This document shows, one piece after another, positions 54,156 through 64,000 of a stretch of DNA of 64,000 nt. Under the pieces are notes generated by a model. It did no database searches and was not told the DNA's origin. It saw nothing but the letters and a program-made list of their open reading frames with translations. The stretch is taken from NCBI GenBank assembly GCA_013265495.1, contig MU058781.1, positions 12,011,009-12,075,008 of the forward strand, given 5' to 3'. A program made the translations under genes and the position numbers. The stretch comes from Vicugna vicugna (taxonomy: Eukaryota). The stretch's first letter is position 1. Each line of letters starts with the position of its first letter.

Positions 54156-56089
54156 TAAAAAAAAAATGCAGATGCAGGACCACTTGGAGGACCAAGGGCA
54201 AACCTTGCTGCAGGCACACCTGGCCCTGAGTGGCTTTCATTTTGTAAAAACAACGCTTGTTGCCATGGCGCATCAAGAGGCGTGGGTAGATGGCGATCGC
54301 TCTGCGCTTCACTCTAAGGATGACCCAGGTTACATGGGCGGTCTTTTCCTGGTTCAGATGACTAGGGGTTAAGAGGTTAGGGCCATTCCTGACATGGGCA
54401 CCTATTGAATCCTAGGACCAGAATCAGGGCCTCTGGTGTCGAGTGAGTGTCTTGCTGAGATAAGACAGAGCTCTCTATAAAGGAAACACATACTTGGGCA
54501 GAATCGTTTAAGCCATGAAAATAGCTTTTTTTAGTTCTAAAAATTTTGTCTTTCATCATTGTTTTAATGAGGCTAATGAATTGTTAAGTAGCAGAAACCA
54601 GAGCCAAGTGTATTGTGAATTTAATGGAAAAGAACATTTTTGTGTAGAAAGTGCAAGTCAGTGGGTTTTGTGCTGTAATGATTTCCTCTATATTCCCAGC
54701 CTAACCATTGATTCTACGCCACCCAAACACAGCATCATTTACATGGTGACAGCTGCCCCAAGTGCAGGGATCCCTCTCCTAAAGAAAATCAATTTTCTAA
54801 GCTCTGGGCTTCTTACCCTAAGCCAGTGGTGCAAACTCACAGCTAATTGGAAAGGGGGTAGAGCATTAGATTTACTGTTTAAATCACCTGCATTGCCACC
54901 TTTTGTAATCAAATTAGCAAGTCATTTTTGCTTCTCACTGATGTCTATTACCAAATATTTCAAGTTGTGATCCTCCTGTGGTTCCATTTTAAAAAACAAC
55001 TTGAAGTACATATTTCAAAGAGAGAGACATTTGACTGGTGACGGTTTTCTAAATGAGCCTATTCATATTCTTGGGCAGCATTTAGATCTTATGTGATCCA
55101 GGAAGGTAGGACACAAGATACACCGTTGCATGGAAAATTCTCTGAAGCATCTAAGTACATGCATACAACCCTTCCCACATGGAATTATACGTCCCCGGCG
55201 GGTAGAAACTGTGCCACTCATGGGGCTAGAGCACCGCTGAATGTGACTGCTCTGGGAGATGCTACAACTTTATTACCTAAAATGTTTGCAGCCCACAGCC
55301 CTGAGATGCTCTCCCTAGGATATTCCAACGTAACTCAGACTGATCACTAACCTTCTACATGTAGATTCAAGATTGTTAACAGATTGTGGTATCTTTTGTC
55401 TGTGATGTTCATGCTATCTACTCAATCTGGTTTTGAACATTTCTTTCGCACATTTAGTGGAGATTCTGGGCATCTCTTTTTTTCGTCTGTTCCAGGGGAT
55501 ACCTTTGTTTTCTTCCATTTCTTCCTGGTTCAAAATTCCACGTCAATGTCTCTTTAAAGAACCAACAGTTATAATTGCACTAGGGAAGGTTCAGGGCCAT
55601 AAATTAAAGGTTGAAATATTTATCAGTTTGAATTTAAGAATCACCTTCATGGAGATGGAAACAGTAATCTATATGATTGATCTCTCAGAAGGAAATTCTT
55701 CTGCTACTCAACAGCTTGTAAACTTGCACTTTGGCTGAGTGAGGGCTGAAACAGGAGTGACTGAATGATTTGATGGGGCCTGTTACCTGCTGGGAGGTGA
55801 CTGAGGGCTCCTAATTAACCTTAATTTCATAAAGTCAAAGAAAGGTGGTTTTCTTTAAACAAAATGATAGAAAGGGGAAACATTTTTAACAATTCTGTCT
55901 CTAGTCAATTATCTTTTTTTTTTCCTTTTAACTAGAAAGAAACTAAGAGGTAATCTAGTTTACCTGGTAGAGAGAAGGGCCAAGTAGAACAAAAACTATT
56001 AGAATAACCTGCAGAGTTTGAACCTATATCCGGAGATTCTGATATCCTTTTAACTCCAGGGCTGGACAGCAGATGGTCTAAAGAGTCTT

Positions 56090-56310
56090 CTTATTTATTT
56101 AACACTTACGTAGCACCTATGACATGCTAGGCACTAGTCGAAGCTCATTATGAATAGTAACCAGTTTAATTCTCATGACAATCTATGAATAATATCTTCT
56201 ATTTAACGAATGAGGAACCGGAGGCATGGAAAAGTTAAGTAACTTGGCTAAGGTTATCTAAGGTCATCCAGAGGCAGGCAGTTTGGTACTGCATATTTAA
56301 CCAGTCTGCT
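56090..56310 (-). mobile_element. MIR SINE
   Basis: agcacctatgacatgctaggcacta...tttaattctcatgacaatctatga...tgaggaaccggaggcatggaaaagttaagtaacttggc. Confidence 0.7.
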
Positions 56311-59119
56311 GTAATCTGTATACTGATTTCAAATATGGTATATTTCTTATAGTCAGAATTAAATTTTGAGGTAGATTTGAATAGATTGCATTGCTTTATG
56401 CAAAATATCTACTTACTAATTCCACATTAAATTAATATGTGAGCAGAAACACAAGCGAAAAGTATTTGTTTAACCATAATATAAGCCTATAGTTTTTAAA
56501 CATTTTCGGAAACAACTGTGTCAAAAATTAGATACACTTGATTGCTATCCATTTGTTAGAAATAAATCTGTCCACTTTTGGCTTACCTGGAGCATTCTGT
56601 ACCTCTCCATGTGTTATTTTGTTGCTGACAATGATTAATTAGCTTTCCTGTATACTTCTTATCATTTCAACACACACGCCTTGTATGGCATGCGGAAACG
56701 TGTACTTACTTAGTATCTTTATTGTCGTAGACCATCTGTTCTTTCCCTGCAATCAGGTGCTCTTAGGAAATCAGTATTCCCAACTCTCTCTTTCAACTTT
56801 GGTTCGTCATTGGCCCTGGGGGTATTAAAGTTGTCATTTTACTGATTGGTTATCATTACATATTTAATTTGTTGCTATATATAGTTTACTACCTTTAAAA
56901 AAATCGCAGAAGTTTGGGGTTTAGGATAATGTGCCAAGTGGGTGAAGAGCCTGTGTCTGCTCCTTACGCATAACTAGCTCACTAATTGTATGTAATTCTT
57001 TCAGTTATTTTAATGAGTGTCATACCAGTTTTAAATCAAAAGATATTCATGCAGAGGATCAGGTCATTTGCTTACTGCTATTTCCGAGGAAAAGAATTTT
57101 AAAAGGCTTGAATTATTACAGAATGCGTCTTGTGGATCCCTTCTCCAATGACTAAGTAACAATTATTTGCCCTTAAATTAAGCCTCACATTTTCCATATA
57201 TAATTTTTAAGCTTTTTAATACAGATTAAAATTCAGTGATGATCCATTTGTCTTGGTCAAAATACTGTTTTATTTTTAAACAAATCACCTCATTTTCACC
57301 ATTATTAATTGAACTAATCTATTAACAGTGTTGCCAAGCATGGACTATTGAGTTGATATCTTATTTAAAATTAATTGCACTGATATTAAGTATGTGCAGA
57401 AGGTTGTTCAAGTCCTAATTGTTAATTTCCTCTTATAATTGTAGTTATTCTGTAATGTCATTTTCATATTGATATTACTTTGGAAAATAGAGCTTTAACT
57501 TCTTAACCACTAGAAAGCAACCTATGAAAGATTCTAATTTCCAAATTCTAAATTTCAGAATGGTAGTACCATCTGTATAGTCCAACTAAAATGTACATTA
57601 CTTAAAATTTCTAGTAAGTTCTTTTGACAGCCCTTTGTGGAAATGCCAGAAGCATACTCCAGATCTCATTCCTTCAGGACCAGAGTTTCCTTTATCTTTT
57701 TGTTTTTAACTTGCATGAATACCATTTGCAGAGGCCGTATTCCAGGGAGCTTCCTAGACACATCTGTCCCATACACCTTTTTTAAAGGATGAAAATAAAG
57801 TGTATGGACCAGTATTGACCACCCTCATGAGTCCCCCAAGAGACAAAGGACACCCTGTCCCCTACCTCCTTTTAAAGTCATTTCTGGGAGGATAAGAACT
57901 CTCCCCCTACAGGTGACAGAGCAGTCCCCAAGCTCCCATATGAACTAAACTCCCGAGGTAGAGGACTGGGGGTGGGGGGTACTTAAATTCCCTCCATAAA
58001 ATGACTTAGAACATTAACCAGTTGTGACTAGTCGGCATTCCAAAACCAGCATCCAACCTGGACATCTGACTTGCAGATTAGAAATGATTCTTATGAGCTG
58101 AACTTTGACATGTAATGACAGTTCCGAAAGACAGTTTGTGTCTTCCCTCAGGAATTAAAATAAGCAAATGACTCTAATAGCCTGCAGATTTTTAAAACAG
58201 AACCCATTCTATTGTTTACCTGTTTGTCCCTGTGTGTGTTGTTTTGTCGATGACACAGGAATATACTTACATTTCTCTGAAACAGGAAACATTTCTTTGA
58301 AGTCCTAACTAGTTAAATCCTTTCCAAGCAATCACAGATTTAGTCATTCCTGGGGATAGTATAGTAGAACCAATAGTAAACAGTAGAACTTCTCTAAAGT
58401 CAGTTGCACTTTTCAGCCCTGGAAACCTCATGTTCTCAAGGTACTACAATGACATTTGCTTCAACAGCCTTCTTCTTATGTCAGAAAGCTCCAAATTATC
58501 ATATCCTTCTAGTTGAGGTCAAGGACCATGTTCCACAGGATGAGATTTTTTTTCTTTAAATTTTGAAAAAAATAATACTCAAATTGGGTAAAGCAGTATT
58601 TTAAAATATTCTTTATATTCTTAAATAAGAATGTACTTACTGTCTGTGTGTGTGTATATAGATATAATCTGTCTGAAGAAGAAGAGGTGGGAAGTCCTTA
58701 AAGAGGGCTTGTTTACCCAAGGGATGGGGGATAGAAAAAACTGGGAGAAGGTGGCTGCTGGCAACAGAGCCCAGGGAGGAGGCAGGAGGACTTCTCACTG
58801 ATGAAGTCTTAGATCGTGAGGAGCTACCAAAAGACACTCTGAGCCAGAAATACAGACTATAAGGGCATTTATTCATTTTAAAAATGCTTGTTGTTGATCC
58901 CTTGTAAACCAGGTATTCTTGGCTTCTTGCTAGAAATGGAAGGCAAATGACCCAATGTATCACCCACCAAGTTTGCTATGTTGAGGGGCACAGTGGCACA
59001 GCTAGTGCTGGTGGATCACAGAACTACCATCTGTGTGAATCCCACACATGCATTTACTTGGCTCTTCAAGTCTGCCACTGAAATGAGGCTATCTAGAAAG
59101 GCTTGAATTAGTACAGAAT

Positions 59120-59512
59120 ACATTTTCACCCGTCTTGTCGCAACCTACTAGTGAGTCACGAAATCGGTATAATGGTTTTATCCAGAATTTTTTTAAAAAC
59201 TCATCAGAACACATGAAGTATGAATAGAAATTATCAGATTACACTGAAATTTTTTTGGTGATACATACATGTATGTGTACTTGGGGTGGTGACATAAAGT
59301 ATATTTCATGTATCAGATGGGTCATGGTTATGGGAGGAGGGTATAGCTCAGTGATAGAGTGCATGCGTAGTATGCACAAGACCCCAGCTTCGTTCCCTGG
59401 TACCTCCACCAAAAGTAATATATAAATAGATAAACCCAATTACCTCCCCCTGCCCAAATATTTTTTTAATTAAAAAAAAATAGGTCATGGTTTAAAAAGT
59501 TTGACCAACTTG
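59120..59512. mobile_element. Charlie4z-like hAT element interrupted by a SINE
   Basis: gtcgcaacctactagtgagtcacgaaatc...aatagaaattatcaga...gggtcatggtt[SINE]taaaaagtttga. Confidence 0.5.
59332..59479 (+). mobile_element. Vic-1-type SINE with TSD
   Basis: GGGTATAGCTCAGTGATAGAG head; GGTCATGGTT at 59320-59329 and 59483-59492. Confidence 0.9.
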
Positions 59513-60199
59513 CATCTACAGGAACTCAATTCACCTGTTGTATTTCAACTTCCCCACAGTACCAGGCGCACAGCAGCCCCTGACACTGACCTCAGTCTTT
59601 CCTCACTGCAGATTGAGGCCCAAGCAGGGCCTGAGCAGAGATGCAGGGGTGCCCTGGAGAGTTGCTGCTAAAAAGACTCACCCCGTTTTTCCTACTGTCT
59701 TGGGCCTCACAGGATTGCTTTTACTGTAGTGTGCTTATGCGTTACGTCATGGACTCTCATTAAGGGCCACTTTAAATATCCCTATAAAACGTATTATCAT
59801 ACGTGCTCTTTTACCATCTGTACAACTGTTGTGGTCACTGTTCCCTTTATCCCCAAATGCCTTCGTTAGAAATTTGTGCAGAAGAACTTGCAGGTCTTTG
59901 TCAAGAGGGGTGGAAATCCAGAGCTGGGCTGCTAGTTTGCCGTGTCTCAGAGATGCGGTGAATTGTGTTCTGACTCGTGCCTGACTTTTGTGTTGTCTGT
60001 TGAGAGGCTCAGAGCTGAATGTGCACTTGACCTGTGAAGAGGGTTCCAGACCTAAAGAAGTATAGTTTGTTGTATTCAGTCTTGATTCTGGCTTCATTTT
60101 TTTTTCCCTTCTTTATCCTAATTTGCCCATTAAAAAAAAAAAACTTGCTGTTCTGCAGGGATCGCAGCTCACTTTTGCATTGAGGTGGTTATCCATTAA

Positions 60200-61930
60200 T
60201 ATAGTGAAATATTAGATATGGCGGGAAACCGGGCTCTGACAGGGATGTGCAGGTAGCTATGGAAGCACAGAGAAGGGGCGGCCAGCCCAGCCTGGGGGAG
60301 GGGTGTGGTCAAGGGGACGCTTCCTGGAGGAAGATTCTAAGCATCGTGCTTGGCACATAATAGTCCTTTAGTAACTGTTAGTACAATGAGAGATGGCATT
60401 TGAAGAAGTTAGCTGGGAGGAAAATGAGTAAGTAAATTTCACAGAGAGAAAGGCACATCCAGAGGCTTGGAGTGGGTAGAGAACATGCCAGTTTGAGGAA
60501 CTATTATGGGATTATGGTACAACAGGAGTCATGGGGAGAGGAGAGGAGAGGGCAGAGGCCAGATCACAAAGAGACTTCATCTGTCTCGATAAGGGTTTGG
60601 TTCTTTATATATTATTTATTTTTAAGGCCACCGGAAGTCACTTGAGTCAAGGTGAGGAATATGGAGAAGGGGCAGATTTTGGCAGAAAGAGACATTAGTG
60701 ATTTCTGTTTTGGACATATTGAGCTTGAAGTGTTTGCAAGGCCCTGGCTGAAATGTCCAGCTGGGAATCATAGCAGTGGCCCTGGGCTCTGTAGCCAGGG
60801 TTGAATTGGTAAGTCAGCCACGCACAGCCCCAGTGTAGATGCGCTCACCACACGCCTCCCCTCAGCTGATTGCCGCCCCTTCTCCTCTATAAGCACTTTT
60901 CCTATATTCATGATATTTATCTCAATCTACCTTGAGCCAGAGGCTTGTATATTCAGCTTCCTACTGGACATCTCAATTTGATGTCCACCAGATATCTCAA
61001 ACTTGATGTGTCCAAAAAGGAATCATCGATTTCCACCTTCCCCCACCCAAGCATTTGCCATCTCGATATATGACACCATCTTCTCATCTACCCATTTATT
61101 CCTCACTCCCCCCGTCAGCCCCAGACTCTCCCTTTCCCTCACCGTCCATACCCACTTCTTTCCCTCATCCTAGCCACCCTTGGTTCTCGTCTGTACTCCT
61201 GAAGCAGACTTGTAAGCTACACTCTTGCTTCCCCTCTTGTGTGTCTGTAATCAGCTAGTCAGTCCCCTCTCAGTAGCCAGGTAGCTGAGGTAGAAAACAG
61301 ATCAGTACATATGTGTCAAACCCTCTGATGGCTTCCCCTCGCACCCAGACTAAATGGAGTGTCTTCCCCATGGTCCACAAGGCCCTCTGTGATCAGCCCC
61401 TGCCTCTCTCCATCTGTTCTGCTCTTTCCTTTGTTCACTTCCTTCCAGCCACTGTGGCTTTACCGCTTTTTGCTGGGACTTGCCCTGGCTCCCATCTCAG
61501 CCTTTGTTCCTTTAGCTTGGGGCACTCTTCACCAGGTGGTCGCTCAGCTGCCTTCTTCCCACCACGTGGGTCTCACTTCAGATCTCTCCAGCATTTCCTG
61601 TGACCTCCCAGCCAAAGAAGCCCTGCAGTCCCTCTACCGTATTATCCTGTTTTATCTGCTCAGCACTTTAAATAAGCATTTATTCATGTAGGTATTTTTT
61701 TGCCCATCTCCCCTCACTGGAGTGTAAGCTCCTGGAGGGCAGAGATGGGGTCTGTGCTTGAAGCACATAATCCCAGTGTCTATAACAACTGCCCAGTAGA
61801 TTCTGTTTAATGTCTTGGCTTTGCATTAGTTACTTGCTTATCTCAATTTTCCTGCTAGATTCTATGCTCCTGGAGGGTACAGGAGTTTTGTGTCTTTGAA
61901 TTCTGTATAGCTAATGCGAGCAGTAAATGT
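60200..61930. mobile_element. L2 LINE fragments (minus strand about 60200-60780; plus strand about 60930-61930)
   Basis: gctatggaagcacagagaagggg...gcttcctggaggaag; atatctcaaacttgatgtgtccaaa...ccatggtccacaaggccct...gagtgtaagctcctggagggcagag. Confidence 0.65.
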
Positions 61931-62195
61931 CAGTAACAGATTTCTCTGGGAACTCTAGAAAATGATTCTTTGGCTGTCTTTAAACCTATGAGGCTCTATG
62001 AATGAGAATATTGCAGGTTACATCCTCAGTGATCCAAGCGCTCAGCAAGGTGAATAGGCAGAAAGAGGAAACCTGCCCACCCGCTGTGTGACATGCGCTG
62101 TGCCCTGTGCGTGTCTTGGCAGCTGTGTGTGGTAGCTATTTTAACCCATTTTTCGGATGAGAATCCCAGAGCTCAGAGATGTTAATACACTTGCA

Positions 62196-62260
62196 TGGGA
62201 TTGAACCCAGGACCTCATGCATGTTAAGCGTGCACTCTACCACTGAGCTATACTCACCCC
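62196..62260 (-). mobile_element. Tail-less Vic-1-type SINE head abutting a MIR fragment
   Basis: tgggattgaacccaggacctcatgcatgttaagcgtgcactctaccactgagctata; no A-rich tail. Confidence 0.85.
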
Positions 62261-62281
62261 CACCCCACCCCACCCCACCCC
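62256..62281. repeat. (ACCCC)5 pentanucleotide repeat
   Basis: Five consecutive C-runs of at least 4 nt separated by single A. Confidence 0.9.
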
Positions 62282-63141
62282 AGTCTCTTAATTATGCTAG
62301 TTATAGTTTAGAAACACTAATTAGGGTTGGGATGAGTTAATCTTCATTCTTCAGCTTGCGTGTGGAAATTCAGACAGGGAAGTTGCCTATCCAAAATCTC
62401 AGTTTCCTTAAACGTACCTCAGAGGAAACCACTATCATTGTTGGAACTTGATACGTAAGGATTTCCCATCTCTCAAGACGGAAGCGAAGCCTCTATCACA
62501 CGCCTGTTCCTTAACAGAATCAAAATATAAAGTATATGGCTTAAAAAATATATATGTATACATACAATGGTTTTTAGCTTTATGTTTTACACTTTGATGT
62601 GTATGCTGAAGAAAAATCATACTGACTTTCATACTAAAAACCACGCTTGGAAACTGGACCAAAAAATTACTTCCTTGCTCCAGATAGAACTGCATTTCTT
62701 TTATGTATTTTAGTTTAGATTATATTAACTTTGTATTTATTTCTTGGAATTATGTATGTTTTGCCTTCTTTGAGAAACTATTTTAGGCGGCACATTTAAT
62801 AACTGCAATAGAAATTAAAGGGCAAGTGAGGTGAACAGAGTTAAGAGAAAAGAACTGAGGAGGTTATAGTATAGCAAGTTCAAGACTGGTCCCCGGCTCT
62901 GACTGCATGGTGCTCCGTTGTCTGCTGGGGAAATTGGAGCCTTAACCTTGGGAACTAATGCTGTAAGCTTTAGACCTTACTGATACAACTCTGATTATCA
63001 GAATTGAGATATGTGGTCATTTCTCCCACCCAGACGGAAGACCGGCTGACCAGAGCTGAGCGGTAGGGTGGGTACCTGTAAGCCAAGTCAGGATTCTGTT
63101 CTGGGAGCAGCTCCCAACCCACTTCAGCCCTTGCAAGAGTA

Positions 63142-63355
63142 TAGTTGACCTTTGAACAACATGGGGTTTAAGGGCGCCGACCCCCAATACAGTTGAAAAC
63201 CGGCCCATAACTGTACAGCCACTTCCCGTGTCTGCTGTTCCGCGTCTGCGGATTCATCCAGCCATGGAGTGAGTAGTACTGTAGTAGGTATTTATTGAAA
63301 AAATCCACCTGTAATTGGACCTGCACAAGTTCAAGCCTGTGTTCAAATGTCAAAT
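63142..63355 (-). mobile_element. Tigger2a-like MITE
   Basis: TA|TAGTTGACCTTTGAACAACATGGGG...GGACCTGCACAAGTTCAAGCCTGTGTTCAA. Confidence 0.8.
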
Positions 63356-64000
63356 CTCCAGCTGAAATCTCCAAATGCCTCACCCAATTTAGCATGGCCC
63401 AAATGGTCCTTCCTGAAGAAGATTTCAGTGCATCGTCTGTCATGGCCCTAGCAAAACCTCAGAAATGCTTCTAGTTGTGCACACTAGTTGTGTGGTCTCT
63501 GCCCCCACAGGTAACTGAATGCATTGACCACCTGTGTCCAGTTATTTATCACTGAAGCCTTAAGTGTTGGAAAATGCAAAGAAACACATTCATTGATAAG
63601 GCAGGGTTTGTTATAGTTAATCGTAGGGCAGGACCACAGATAGAGACTACACATATATGCTCTGAAAACCATTCTTCTTTGGTTATAATACAGTGCCAAG
63701 TGGCATTTAAAACGTGTGTTTGGTAGATAATTTATCCAGCTTTTCACTAAAGCTTGATTGCAAAAAGCTTATTCACTTTAAAATGAAACCAAAGCCAGTG
63801 AAAAAAGTGGCAGGTAACTTTTGCATTGCTTTTGGCAGATTTCCTCAATAGGTGAATGTGTTAATGAGAATAATGATCTCAAGTTATGAGTGAATTATCA
63901 AAATGATGGATCTATAATTTAGAGAGAGTTACCTTGAGAATCCATTTAGAAGGGACGTTAGTCTAAAGGAGTTAAACTGAACATGACAAAAATCTCGACT

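Overview
This is AT-rich mammalian genomic DNA, and seven copies of a tRNA-derived Vic-1-type SINE point to a camelid (alpaca, llama or camel). The whole window lies inside one + strand gene, CARMIL1 (LRRC16A). Thirteen internal GT-AG coding exons (5126-52296, 1417 nt, phases mutually consistent) encode the C-terminal leucine-rich repeats and the helical dimerisation region ([10 protein letters not shown]...LEDLDTCM). The start codon, PH domain, CPI motif and stop codon lie outside the window. The introns carry L1, L2, CR1, MIR, Tigger, hAT-Charlie and ERV LTR relics, several nested with readable target-site duplications. Best second-look items: a 12-nt in-frame microexon (LGHC, 11616-11627) absent from the ORF track, an ~80-nt intronic hairpin (8047-8127), three CTCF-like motifs including a convergent pair, a closely spaced inverted SINE pair, and several candidate alternative splice sites. 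I found no evidence of a wholly new biological system. Protein and repeat family names come from memory of reference and consensus sequences, not from searches, and repeat boundaries without TSDs are approximate.
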